In this document: positions 1 to 12,800 of the stretch, in pieces
Position numbering within the stretch: the first letter of the stretch is position 1
How the letters are laid out: every line of letters begins with the position of its first letter
Source of the DNA: Neocallimastix sp. 'constans'
Lineage: Eukaryota
Assembly (NCBI GenBank): GCA_050613775.1
Contig: JBODTK010000160.1
Coordinates: 62,001 to 126,000, forward strand
Direction: 5' to 3'
DNA length: 64,000 bases
Notes under the pieces: generated by a model
Seen by the model: the letters and a program-made list of their open reading frames with translations, nothing else
What the model was told of the DNA's origin: nothing
The model's database searches: none
Translations under genes and position numbers: made by a program

Positions 1-130
1 TTTTATATATTCTATATATATATATTGTACATGTATATATAAAAAAAAATAAAATAAACTGATAAACATAAAAAATTACAATTTATTATTTAGAATTATT
101 AATATAAAAAAAAAAAGTTTTTTTTATTTA

Positions 131-171
<41 letters not shown>

Positions 172-324
172 CCTATTTTAATAAAAAAAAATTAAAAAAT
201 TTGTACTACAAAAAAAAATTTTGCTTATTATTTTATCATTAACTAAAAAAAATTTTTTTATTTTTTTTTTTTTTGTTTACATATATAAATCTAAATCTAT
301 GATAATATTATTGGTTAAAAAAAA

Positions 325-355
<31 letters not shown>

Positions 356-588
356 TTTGTTCTACACTAAAGAAAAATTTAATTTATTATTTATTAAAAA
401 AAAATTATTAATGAAATATTTATTATTTTAATAAAAGGAAAAATATATATATATTTTTTTATTGTATTGCAAAAAAAAAAAAAAAATAATAATAATAATA
501 ATAATAGGCGAACAAATTTATAAAAGCCTAAAATAAAAATAAAAAAAAAAAAACTATATATTTTAACGTCACTTCGCAAGAATGACCA

Positions 589-765
589 GGGTTTTATCAG
601 GGATCGAACCTGACCCACCTCTTATTTTCTGCGCGAGTGAACAAACTATCACCTGTTGAAGTGTGTAGTTGCCTTCAGCGTGAAGGTTTTATAGTTCTAG
701 GGCGTATTTGCCTAATTGTCAAGGATTTGTTCCTTGAGATACTCGCGTTTACAATCTACAAAACC
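589..765 (-). ncRNA. Putative structured RNA with tRNA-like acceptor stem and T arm (unassigned)
   Basis: Minus strand: 5' GGTTTTG (765-759) can pair with TAAAACC (596-590). A perfect T arm TCAGG-TTCGATC-CCTGA (613-597) directly precedes it. The interior has the stem CGCGAGT/ACTCGCG (632-638/741-747) and several hairpins. No D arm or anticodon arm is recognisable. Confidence 0.3.
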
Positions 766-2069
766 TTGCAAAATTGTAAATAAGAGTTTATGAAATTAAT
801 ATCCTGCAAGCTAACACTGTCTTACTCGAATATTAACTTCGTAAATTTGTTAACTTTTTATTATTTTTTTTTATTATTATTTTTTTTTTCTATAATCTAT
901 AATTAAATAAAGTTACTACAAAAACTAAAGTTTTCCAAAGTTTTCCAAAGTTTTTTTTTTTTTTATGATAACTTTTATTATTATTAATATTAATATTAAA
1001 TTATTAATTATTATTATTTAACAAAACTTATGGATAATCTGATAGTATACCCTGTCTGACGTGCAGCTTGCCTCTTCACGGCGTCATGCCACGCGGGTAC
1101 CACGGCTACTGTATTCAATATAAAATACAGCAGTCCAGAGCCTACTAGCCCAATTACTATGTAGGTTAAACTTAGCCCGGAAATCTATATCCAAGGCTTT
1201 GTTAAATAATTTAATTAATAAATAATATTAAATTTTATTTTTCTAATATTCCCCGATATCTCCACCATAAATTATGTTATGGTTCGGGTTTTATTAGAAT
1301 TTTATTTAATTATTTATTTTTAATATTTTTTCTGTCTACATTTTAATTATTGAAAAACTTCACTTATTTATACTTTTTGAAAAAAAATAAATATGTAAAG
1401 CCTTTCTACATTTTATTATCATATTTAAAAAAAAAATATTTACTATTACTAATTACTTAAAATTTTATATTAATTTAAATTAACTAATTCATAAGTATTT
1501 TTATTTTAATAAATTTTGTTTACATAATTTTATATTATTTTTCATATACTAAAACTAAATTATTTAATATATACGAAAAGTAACAAACAAAATTTAAAAA
1601 GATTTTACAGAAAAATAAAGTTATTTTAATCAAGAATGTTAATATAATATTCTTATATTTTATATAAAATAAATTTAAAAACTATAATATATTTAATATT
1701 TATTATTAATCAATTAAGATTTGATTTTATTTGTGGGGAATAAAAATATAAAATAATCAATTTAAAAATAAAATAAAATACTAAAAAGAATACAAGTTTA
1801 ATATTGATACAATATAATAATAATATAATAATATATTTGAAAATAAAAATAAAATATTAATATTGATAATAAACACTTTAATAAAATAATAAAATTTAAG
1901 GTTAAATTATAGATATTGATATTAATAATAAAAATATAAAATTATTGATAATATTTTAGAAACTTTTAATAAAAATATAAAAAAAATAAATATATTTAGA
2001 AAATATTTTAGTATAGAAAATATAGTAAAGTAATATTAAGTAAAGAATAATATAATGGATTCTAAAGTA

Positions 2070-2719
2070 TGTCAAGGATTTGATACAAATTAATTTATAT
2101 TTAATACTACAAAAATAACAATTTAATTATAAATATAATTTGTACTCCTTAAATCCTTGTACCGTTCATAACCAAATTAATATTGTATTACATATTAATT
2201 AATATTATCCCTTTTATACATTATTGAACCCCTAATATATTAATTGATTAATATTGTATTACATATTAATTAACATTATCCCTTTTTATATTAATTAATA
2301 TAGTTGAATATTATTTATAAAAATTGTTTTTTATTAATTATATTATTTTATATATTTTTATTATCTTATATTATATATGTATTATTCTATTACTTTATAT
2401 ATTAAAATTATATTTTATATTGTTATCTTTAAATTAGTATTTATTAAAATATATTATTAAATATTTTATATTGTTTTTCAAAATATAAAAGAACTAAAAA
2501 ATATTCTTTTTTAAATCTTTGTAAGATTATTATTTACAAATAATCTGATAACTTTATAATAAAACATATTAAATAAAAATATAGTTAATTAAAAGTTTAA
2601 TAATAAAATAATATTTTATATTTGAATAAATCAATTTATAAAATAAAATAATATCAAAAGGTTATTAGATTAAAGGCTTCCAACCAAGTTTACCCTTTAA
2701 TCTAAGTACCAACTTAACA
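2070..2719 (+). repeat. 5' LTR
   Basis: TGTCAAGG...CTTAACA; matches 7765-8414 with no difference found by eye. Confidence 0.96.
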
Positions 2720-2729
2720 ATAATCTTAC
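2719..2729 (+). promoter_or_regulatory. Self-priming primer-binding site (Tf1 type)
   Basis: AATAATCTTAC is the exact reverse complement of LTR 2521-2531 GTAAGATTATT. There is no TGG tRNA-type PBS. Confidence 0.8.
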
Positions 2730-2753
2730 CGCTATTTTAGAAACTTCCTTGGA

Positions 2754-3977
2754 ATGCCTAAAATTGGCCTAAGACGCTCGGGAATGTATTCAGCTAGATC
2801 GGATGAAGAAATGGATATGAATAAAGAAGACTCAGTACAACAATTGCGATCCGAAGCCACCCAAGCTTGTACCACCTTAGCAGAAGGTGTTCAACAGTTA
2901 AGAAATGATACCTCACAAGCTTGTAATAGTATAGTTTCTGGGGTGAATGAAAACTTCGTTTCCAAAGAAGACTTACAAAATTACCATCAAGAGGTAATGA
3001 AACAATTCGGAGCTTATGATAAAATGAATAATGAAATATTGGCCTCTTTAGAATCTTTGAAGAAGGCTACCCTCTACTTTAAGCATGAATTATGTAATAA
3101 AACTCAAGTAGAAAATACTTCTTCTGGTGCTACCTCGTCGATACCGTTGACATCTGGAAATCCTACGGTAAACCTCCATTCTGTTTTCGATGATAATATC
3201 TCAACTACTACAAGATATGACAATGATCATGATGTTATCATGCAATCTGCTTACCCTATTAATATTCCTCAAGTTCCCGATCCAGGTTTGTTTTCAGGTG
3301 ATATTTCTGAAACCGAACTTTTCTGTCAACTGTGTGGGGACACATTTAAAACCTATCCATGTAAGTCTTGGCCTGAAGATTCGAAAATCAACTTTGTGCA
3401 ATCAAGATTAAGAGAAGCTGCTAGAAGTTGGTACCAAACAAAATATTCCAGTAGTTCTCCTGCTTCCCTAGAGGCTCTTCTTAATGAATTAAAAGAAGCT
3501 TTTCCTGATGTTGTCAGCAAAAAGTTAAAGAAAATTAATTTAATAAATCTTAAACATTCTCATGGTAATATTAAGGACTATATCGATTCTTTCCGTAAAC
3601 TAACAGCTGATCTTGGTTGGCCTGAAGAACCATTAGTATTATTTTTCTATAATGGTCTTCATCCAAAATTTAAAGAAGAAATTAATAAAATGGAGAAGTT
3701 TCCAGAGAAAATAGAAGAAATTACAACAAAGTGCATATTGTTTGAATCTTCTCAAGAAACTAAATTAAAGATAAATCAATTAACCAGCAATAAAAATTAT
3801 AAGAGAAAGAACTCTCATTCTTATCCCAATAGTGAAAACAAGAATAAGAATAATAACAATTATTACAATCATAGTAAAAATAATAACTTCCATAATAATA
3901 AATCTAAGGTTAATTCCAGTTACAACAACCGAGAAAATTATGTTACCGAAGTCCAAAAAATTAACTCAAAAAACTAG
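2754..3977 (+). CDS. gag: Retrotransposon Gag
   Basis: 407-aa ORF just after the 5' LTR with capsid-like motifs (PGLFSGD, LREAARSWY, YIDSFRKL...LGW...FYNGL). Confidence 0.9.
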   Translation: MPKIGLRRSGMYSARSDEEMDMNKEDSVQQLRSEATQACTTLAEGVQQLRNDTSQACNSIVSGVNENFVSKEDLQNYHQEVMKQFGAYDKMNNEILASLESLKKATLYFKHELCNKTQVENTSSGATSSIPLTSGNPTVNLHSVFDDNISTTTRYDNDHDVIMQSAYPINIPQVPDPGLFSGDISETELFCQLCGDTFKTYPCKSWPEDSKINFVQSRLREAARSWYQTKYSSSSPASLEALLNELKEAFPDVVSKKLKKINLINLKHSHGNIKDYIDSFRKLTADLGWPEEPLVLFFYNGLHPKFKEEINKMEKFPEKIEEITTKCILFESSQETKLKINQLTSNKNYKRKNSHSYPNSENKNKNNNNYYNHSKNNNFHNNKSKVNSSYNNRENYVTEVQKINSKN

Positions 3978-4000
3978 ATAATGGACTTCCCAAGAAGTCC
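3968..4000 (+). promoter_or_regulatory. -1 programmed ribosomal frameshift signal (gag to pol)
   Basis: Slippery heptamer A AAA AAC (3968-3974) in the gag frame just before TAG. Hairpin GGACTTC-ccaa-GAAGTCC (3983-4000) follows 8 nt later. The -1 frame is open from 3968 into pol. Confidence 0.85.
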
Positions 4001-7000
4001 TCTCCGATTAAAACTATTCAATATAATTATCCAACTTTAAACCCTCCTCTTCCTAATTCTTTCTTTTTGTTTAAATCATTTATCCCAACAATAAACAAAA
4101 GGAACAAAAACATTAAATTACAAATCAAATCAATGTTAGATTGTGGTTCTTACTGCAATTTTATTTCTACCAATTTAATCTCTCGGTTAAATCTTGTACC
4201 TCAAAAACTTAATAATAAAATATATATAAAAGGTATTAGTGGTGATACAGATTCCATTAATGAATTTGTGTCTTTAAATTTTCAACTAAAAATCAAAATT
4301 AACAATACGTTTCATTTAATCAAATTTAAAGAAAAATTCCTTGTGTCAAAACATATTCCAGTGGATTTACTCCTTGGAAATCAATTTATGAAAAACTATA
4401 AAATACATTTTAGTTATGATAATCATTATCTTTACTCTACTTTTAAAATCTCAAAATTTAAATCAAGAATTATAAAGAATTTTAAACAAAATGCGAATTC
4501 AATTAATTTTTATGAAGGATTACCCTATAATTACAACTTTTTAATCTATTCTTTTCTTTCAAATAAGGTATCAGAGGATTCTGAAGAACCTGATATTGAG
4601 CGTATTCCTGAACAGTATAAAGACCTTGCAATAGTCTTCAGTAAAAAGGAAGCAGATAAGCTTCCTCCCCATCGTTTAACGGACTGTGAGATCAATCTTC
4701 AACCAGGTGCTACTTTACATTATGGACCAATCTACCCGCTTACATTGGAAGAATCAGAAGTTTTAAAAGATTACATAAAGGAAAACGAAAAGAAAGGATT
4801 TATTAGAGAATCTCACTCCCCAGCCGGCTATCCTGTTCTCTTTCAAAAAAAGAGTGATGGTTCTCTCCGACTCTGCGTTGACTACAAACGTTTAAATGCG
4901 GTTACTATTAGAAATTCCTATCCTTTACCGCTCATCAACGACATTATTGAACGAGTCAAAGGAGCCAAGTACTTTACTAAATTGGACTTGCGCTCCGCAT
5001 ATAATTTAATTCGTATAAAGGAAGGCGATGAATATAAAACAGCTTTCCGTACTAAGTATGGACATTACGAATATTTAGTAATGCCATTTGGTCTTAAAAA
5101 TGCACCTGCAATCTTCCAATCTTTTATTAACTCTGTCCTTCGTCCATTCTTAGAGAAATCGGTAATACTCTACCTAGATGACATTCTAATTTATTCTAAT
5201 TCATTAGATGATCATCATCAAACTGTACGTGAGGTTCTCAAAAAGCTTATTGACAATAATTTATATGCTAAACTTTCGAAATGTGAATTCGATAAAGAGG
5301 AAGTCGAATTCCTTGGACATATCATTTCTGGTTCTGGTGTGTCCACTGATCCAAAGAAGATCAAATCAATCAAAGAATGGCCCATTCCAAAAAACGTAAA
5401 AGAGGTTCAAAGGTTTCTTGGTCTTTGCAATTACTATAGAAGATTCGTAAGGAATTTTGCTGCTATTGCTAAACCTTTGCATGCTTTAACCAAGAAAGGA
5501 AGGAAGTTTGTTTGGTCTAAAGATTGTGATACCTCCTTCTCAATTCTCAAAAAACGTTTAACTTCTTCCCCTCTCCTCATGCATCCTGACTTAACAAAAC
5601 CTTTTATTGTTGAGTGCGATGCTAGTAACTTTGCTATTGGAGCAGTTCTTTCCCAGTATGATAATGATAATAAGCTTCATCCTATTGCTTATTTTTCTCG
5701 TAGTCTTAACAATGCCGAAATAAACTATTCGATTACCGATAAGGAACTTTTATCAATTAAAGAAGCTTTCTCATCATGGCGTCACCTTTTGTTAGGTGCT
5801 AAATTCAAGATTAAAGTTTTTACTGACCATAGAAATCTTCTATATACCCTTGGAGGGAAGATAGGTAATCAACGTCAACATCGTTGGCATCTATTCTTCC
5901 AAGAATACGACTTTGAACTTATCTATCGCCAAGGTAAAAAGAATGGCAAACCCGATTCGTTATCCAGAAGACCAGACTACCAAAAGGAAGATATAGAGGA
6001 TAAACCTGAGTTTATCTTAGACAGTAAGAATATTGGTAAAATCCCATGTTTAATTAGTATAACTAACGATCTTCTCAATAATATTAAAATAAACTTAAAG
6101 AATGATAAGGTTGCTGAGGATCTTCGTATATATTTTTCTGAAAATAATGTCTCTCAAGGTTTCCCTTATAAACCATTTCGCAAAATGAATAAGTTTAAAT
6201 TAGAAAATGATTTAATATTCTACAACAATCTTATTTACATACCAGATCAACTTCGTTTAGATATTTTAACTCGTTATCATGAGAAACCTGCTGCGGGTCA
6301 TTTTGGTGTCAAAAGAACTTTGGAGTTGATCTCAAGAAACTTTTGGTGGCCCAAGATGGAAGATGATGTTAAGAATTTTGTAAAGTCGTGTGAAACATGT
6401 ATGAGAAACAAAAAATCTAGGCACCGAAAATTTGGGTTACTTCAACCGCTTGACGTTCCAGAAAGACCTTGGAAATCAATCGAAATTGATTTCTTATGTG
6501 GTCTTCCACCATCCAAAGGTAATACGGTGATTATGGTTGTAGTTGATAGATTTTCAAAAATGATACACCTTATTCCCTTCAAAGATATTCCAAATTCCGT
6601 ACAAACAGCCAAAGCTTTTATCAATAATATCTATAAGCTCCATGGTCTACCCTATGATATTATTACGGATAGAGGTTCACAGTTTACGAGTGAACTTTGG
6701 CAAGAATTTCTATTCTTATTAAATATTAAATCGAAAATAGCTACTACTGACCACCATGAAACCGTAGGTCAAGTTGAACGATGCAATTCTTTCATCGAAC
6801 AATACCTTCGCTGTTTCTCAAGATCTTTCTATCATGATGATTGGGTTGATTTTCTTCCACTTGCTGAATTTGCTTATAACAACTCAATTCACCCTTCCAC
6901 TAACGAAACTCCCTTTTTTATCAACTATGGATTTCATCCTTACATGGATGAATATACACTACTCCCTACTTGTAACATTAATCATAAAATGGTTCAAAAA

Positions 7001-7537
7001 GTTTATGAAAGTTTTAATCATGTTAAAGAAGTTCTTCTCCGATCCCAAGAGCTATATAAACGTTCTGCTGATAGAAAAAGAATTACCGCTCCTTCTTACA
7101 ACATTGACGATTTGGTGTGGATTCAAGCTCCTCCTTCGTTAAATATAGAATCATGCTCAAAACTAGCTCCATGCAAATTTGGTCCATACAAAGTAACCAA
7201 TGTTTTACATAATAATAATTATGAAATTGAACTTAAAAATTCACCCTTTCCTAAGCATCATAATGTTTTCCACGTCTCTGAACTCGAACCATTCACACCA
7301 GTGCCTGAAAAGTTTAGAAAACGATATAAAGATCCTGAGTCTATTAAGGATATTATTGAAATTGCGGGTTTTAGAACTAACTATAAGAAGAAACAATACG
7401 AATATAAAATCCGTTATAAATATCGTTCCTCCTATAATTGGGTATCTTCTTCTGAAGTTGAAGATAATCCAAGAAACCAAAATATTTTTATTAAATACAT
7501 TAATAATAATAGGAAACCAGTCTCGATCTCATATAGT

Positions 7538-7543
<6 letters not shown>
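3968..7543 (+). CDS. pol: Pol polyprotein (protease, RT, RNase H, integrase, chromodomain)
   Basis: Protease LDCGS; RT CVDYKRLN, MPFGLKNAP, YLDD; RNase H ECDAS, TDHRNL; integrase H-H-C-C and D-D-E; GPY motif; C-terminal chromodomain-like YKIRYKY..YNWVSSSEV. The track start at 4067 is a TTG; true entry is probably by frameshift. Confidence 0.95.
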
Positions 7544-7584
<41 letters not shown>

Positions 7585-7753
7585 TCTTTAAAAATATATT
7601 CAACACAATTTATTTCTCCAACTAATTTGAAATTCACATGGCCAATTGAACATTTATGTTCAAGTGAATTTCAAATACTTCTTGAGTACTCTTTTGAATA
7701 AACTAATATCAAAAATATTAGTATTCTTGAATTCGCCTGGAATGCGAATTCTT

Positions 7754-7764
7754 GGAGAGAGCGT
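7754..7764 (+). promoter_or_regulatory. Polypurine tract
   Basis: GGAGAGAGCGT immediately before the TG of the 3' LTR. Confidence 0.75.
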
Positions 7765-8414
7765 TGTCAAGGATTTGATACAAATTAATTTATATTTAAT
7801 ACTACAAAAATAACAATTTAATTATAAATATAATTTGTACTCCTTAAATCCTTGTACCGTTCATAACCAAATTAATATTGTATTACATATTAATTAATAT
7901 TATCCCTTTTATACATTATTGAACCCCTAATATATTAATTGATTAATATTGTATTACATATTAATTAACATTATCCCTTTTTATATTAATTAATATAGTT
8001 GAATATTATTTATAAAAATTGTTTTTTATTAATTATATTATTTTATATATTTTTATTATCTTATATTATATATGTATTATTCTATTACTTTATATATTAA
8101 AATTATATTTTATATTGTTATCTTTAAATTAGTATTTATTAAAATATATTATTAAATATTTTATATTGTTTTTCAAAATATAAAAGAACTAAAAAATATT
8201 CTTTTTTAAATCTTTGTAAGATTATTATTTACAAATAATCTGATAACTTTATAATAAAACATATTAAATAAAAATATAGTTAATTAAAAGTTTAATAATA
8301 AAATAATATTTTATATTTGAATAAATCAATTTATAAAATAAAATAATATCAAAAGGTTATTAGATTAAAGGCTTCCAACCAAGTTTACCCTTTAATCTAA
8401 GTACCAACTTAACA
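7765..8414 (+). repeat. 3' LTR
   Basis: Copy of 2070-2719, followed by TSD AAGTA. Confidence 0.96.
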
Positions 8415-8480
8415 AAGTAAGTTGAAATTCTAATTAATAATCCATTATATGTTCGTTCTTTACCATTGAAAAATGTAATA

Positions 8481-8552
8481 TCCGCATTGGTCCAGTGGCT
8501 AGGATTCCACGCTCTCACCGTGGCGGCAGGGGTTCGATTCCCCTATGCGGAG
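8481..8552 (+). tRNA. tRNA-Glu (CTC)
   Basis: Acceptor TCCGCAT/ATGCGGA; A box TGGTCCAGTGG; anticodon stem CCACG/CGTGG with CTC at 8514-8516; T loop GGTTCGATTCC; T-run terminator downstream; no intron. Confidence 0.96.
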
Positions 8553-8620
8553 TTCCCTTTCTTTTTTAAATTTTTATTTTAATTTTTTCATCTCATTAGT
8601 ACTATTGACTTTATTAGTAA

Positions 8621-9780
8621 TTTTTTTTTTTTTTTTTTTTTTTTTAGATGAGGAATAAACTTTATTTAATAATATTTATTAAAAAAATATATGAGAAAAT
8701 ATAATTATATGAATTTTTTTTTTTACATTAGTATTAAAAAACTCTAACTTATTTTTTTAATACTAACGAAATGACCTCTAACTCTTCCCGTTCATGAATA
8801 ATAACTCCATATGGATAAAAAATTATCATTTAAATATGTATCAGAATTTTTTCTTTATTTTATCAATTTGATATCGATACTCTTGACAACGATAGGTTTA
8901 ATGGTTTACAAATTGATCATAGTGTCGAAAATCACTAATCACAATAGGCATATCATTAATATGGAAATTCAGCAAGACCCACAAAATATGAAATTGGAAA
9001 AGAAGACATTCTCGAAGGTAGTTTCAGAATATTATTAATAAAATGCTTTCTTTCTTTCGAACTGATCTTTAGTATTTTATATACATAATTTCTGCAAGGA
9101 AGTAGACACAATACATAAGAATTAGTATTATCATCAAAAATGATTTATCATAAACAATTAGAAAAAAATTAATAAAAATTTCAATAACAAATTGTGAATA
9201 TTTTAGAGATGGACGTTGAATAAATTTTTTAAGAACTAAATTTAAATTTCTTGCATTTAATTGATCTAATTGCAGGAGCACTTGTATAATTGAATATTTT
9301 CTATGTAAAACTTCTGTATTTCTCCAGGAATTTTGTTATCGTGTTTGCCTATTGGTAATCTACTGATTTTTTTTGTCCATAAATAATATGAAAATGTAGC
9401 TTTTTGACTATATGAGAAATAATACAAGAGGACTCTTTCTACTTTTTAAAGTATCAAATCATCACTTTAGCTCAAAAACTAGCTATAGGAGGTATAAATA
9501 GTTCCTTAGATATATAATACATAATGAGTTTGGAAGTCTTATTTTTAAATCTCAGAGTTGAAAGATACTTTAAAAAATTCTATTGGTATACCATCAAGAA
9601 CAGGTGCTTTGTTCTTAGGATGAAGTAGTTTTCATTTTAATATATTGTTTTTAACAAATTCATGATTAATTTTGATACAATTTGATACTTTTTTTTACTT
9701 AGGAATTTCCATAGTCTACTTTCAGACCAAGATTAAATGTCATGAATAAAAATTAATTTAATTTTTTTATTGTCAGGAAT
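8621..9780 (-). pseudogene. Degenerate 5'-truncated LINE copy A (3' ~1.1 kb plus poly(A))
   Basis: Poly(T) 8621-8645 is the minus-strand tail. Minus-strand remnants YFVGLAEF (~8965-8990) and YYISKELFIPPIAS (~9480-9520) match C-terminal motifs of copy C (KIVGLAEF, YALSRDLSIPPIAG). Confidence 0.75.
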
Positions 9781-9801
9781 TTAATTTTTTCATTGTCAGG
9801 A

Positions 9802-12800
9802 TTTTTTTTTTTTTAGACTAGGAAAAGAATACACTTTAAGTATTTTATTAAATATATTAAAATAATTATATATATTACATTTTTTAAAAAAATACATTTT
9901 ATAATTTAAAGTTAAAAAATAAAAAAAAAATGTATGTAAAAGATTAAGTAAAATAATAAAAAAAAAAACATATTTTAATTAATCATAAAAAATAATTTAA
10001 TGTAATAGGTTCAAAAGTCAAAAAAAAAAAATTTGGTGCGTTATATACTATGTGTAGTAACATGATCACCAGTTAGATCTAAAATAAAAAAACAAAGAAG
10101 TAACATCTTTGAAATAGATAGTGTGGTATCCACTAAACTCCATGAACATCAAGAAAGATCATCAAAAAATTGAATTACTTACTAAAGGTTCTGTGTTCGG
10201 AACGATGCTGTTAGTAAATGTGTAATGATGAGAATTAACAGGACTACTAACCTCAGTATTTCTTTGCCATAACACCACAACAATGGCAATATTTAGAGCA
10301 ATCTTCTGAGACCATTTTTCTTTCAATGGAAATACTAATATCAATTTCAAAGCCACACTTAATTCGAGAAATCCAAAAGAATTCCAATTGAAATTTAGGA
10401 TATTGAAATGTTAAGTTTTTGATTCCTGATATAAATCCAAAATCATTCTCCTTGTAAATAATTGCTTTTTTAGCTTTTGAGGATTTGAAGACATTTCTTT
10501 CACAATAAAACTTTTTAATTTCACTTGTTTTCTTACCATTTAATTTCTTATCCAAAGTCCTTGATTCTTTGGACCATAAGTAATGTGACATAGTAGGAAT
10601 ATTATTAGTGAGATGATTAATAATACATGATGAATTTTTCCATTTTCTAAAGCATCGTAATTGAGATATAGCACAGACAGCTGAAAGAGGAGGTATTCTC
10701 AATTCACGAGTAATATTATAGAGACTAACAGAAGAATTGCGAGATTTAAATCCGTAATTCCAATAAAGTCCTCTATTAATAATTTTTTGAGCTTTAGAAC
10801 ATCTGCTCTTATTTGAACCAAAGAGAGGAGCATAATATATAACAAGACTAAGAATAAACGAAATTAAAACATATTTCTTCAATGGGAGAGGAATAGATTT
10901 ATTAATAAGAAATCGAAAGAACAAATTTAACTTGACATTTAAATTACTGTTTAATTTGGATTGTATAGGTTTCAGTGATAAAGATTCATCAAAAGGAATA
11001 CCAAGATAGGTATAGTTGTCAGTTTTAGGTAATTTTTTACTACCAATAAAGAAAGATGGATCTTCATAATTTATCGGTTTAACAAAGTTAATCGGTTTTA
11101 CAACAAGAGTAGCACACTTATTAATTCCAAAAGTCATTTCATTTTTAATAGCCCATTCATGAACTTTATTCAAAATATTCTTAAGAGCTTGTTTAGATGG
11201 AGCAACTAAAACAATATCATCCGCAAAAAGTCCACCACAACAATATTGAGAATCTAAATATACACCATACTTATCACAATTATCCAGTATATCATTAATG
11301 AACAAATTGAATAAAATAGGAGATAGAGGGCATCCTTGTCTAACACCACGATTAATCGAAAATTCTTCTGAGAGATTACCATTAAAAAAAGCACGAGCTT
11401 TAGAGGATAGATAAAGATTCTTTAAAAACAGATGACATTTATCTCTAATTCCTAAATTATATAATTTGGTCAAAATATTAAAGATAGGAACTGAATCATA
11501 GGCTTTTTTAAGATCGAGAAAAGCAAGATAAGTAAAATTTCCTTTAAATTTTCTTCTTTGACATATCTCTCTAATTGAAATATACAAACTTATGCGTTCT
11601 TCTTTATTTCTAAATCCAAATTGTTCAGGTCTAACAAATTTATGTTCAAGGGCATATTTAGCAATTCTATTAGTATCAATCTTTGAAATAATTTTTAAGC
11701 CAACATTAATAAGAGAAATACCACGATAATTATTACAATCCGAAAGATCTCCTTTTTTTGGAATTGATATTATAGAAGCCGAATTCCACTCTTCAGGGAA
11801 ATCACCATCCCAGATTTTGTTAAATAATGAAAGTAAACATTTAGCACACTTAGAGTAGTGATCATCTGAAGAATCATCTTGATTATCGGATAAATCAGAT
11901 ATACTAAAGAAGGCTTTAAAAAATTCAATCGGAATACCATCGGGTCCAGGAGCTTTATTATTTTTCATTTCAAGCACAGTGTTTTGAATTTCTTCCATAG
12001 TAATAGAATCATTAATATCCCAAGTAAGATTATTATTAGGATTAGTTCCAAATAAACTTACCCAGTATTCATTATCCAAACTGTGTTGAGTAACATCAGA
12101 AGCTAGTTCACTGTAATGTTCAGCAAATCGATTTAATTGATCCGAATGAGAAAATAAAAAGTTACCCTGCTTATCCTTTAAAACACTTGACGAAATAGAA
12201 TTAGAGTACATAGGGCGAGATAGCTTCTTTAATTTTAACCAAGCACTCCTAGCATTTTTATTACTAAAATCATTACATGCAGATTCTATTGACTGATGAA
12301 ATTGTTTTGATTTAATAGAAAACTTAATTGACCTGACTTTACCACATATATTTTTATATTCACGAAGCAAATTTAAAAATTCATCAAGGTTTTCAAGATT
12401 AGAACCTAAAGAAAAATTTTTGATTTCATTAAATGCAACATGCTTTTCATGAGAAAGTTTCTTGATATAATAAGGGCAGTGGAAAGCTGATCCTTTAAGA
12501 TCACAAGGAACTCTAGCATGAACTTTATTACCAACTTTATTAGCTGTTTCTATAAATTTATTGACCATTTCATTAGAACTTAATTCTTTATTATCATCAA
12601 ATTCATTAAGAAGAATTGAGAAGTAGTTACTTGAGAATATTTCATTATGCTTTTCATTACACATGCGTTGGGACCACTTGAATCTTCTAGAAGGAGTAGG
12701 AGCACGAAAACCTTCTGAGTCATCTTTCTTACAGGAAAGGATAAGAGGGAAGTGGTCAGATATATCATTGAATGTACTACAAACAGATACCTTATTAATG

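Larger units (their letters stand above)
2070..8414 (+). mobile_element. Full-length Ty3/Gypsy (chromovirus, Tf1/sushi-like) LTR retrotransposon
   Basis: Two 650-bp TG...CA LTRs (2070-2719, 7765-8414). TSD AAGTA at 2065-2069 and 8415-8419. gag and pol ORFs in PR-RT-RH-IN-chromodomain order. Purine tract before the 3' LTR. Confidence 0.97.

Noticed and set aside
394..618. Short F/I/L/Y-rich ORFs (also 13841-14125, 33197-33466, 36104-36343, 52884-53078)
   Set aside because: Products of A/T homopolymer tracts with no protein-like features.
600..690. TPP riboswitch-like GAACCTGA
   Set aside because: No upstream CTGAGA/ATACC in the required order; better explained as a minus-strand T arm.
1054..1100. 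HDV-like ribozyme P3/L3 (GCC-TCTTCAC-GGC)
   Set aside because: P1 is mismatched, and the P1.1 GG and J4/2 elements are not in place.
1100..1170. Group I intron-like Q/R/S motifs (AATACAGCAG, GTCCAGAGCCTA, ATGTAGGT)
   Set aside because: No room for P6, no P8 hairpin and no host gene.
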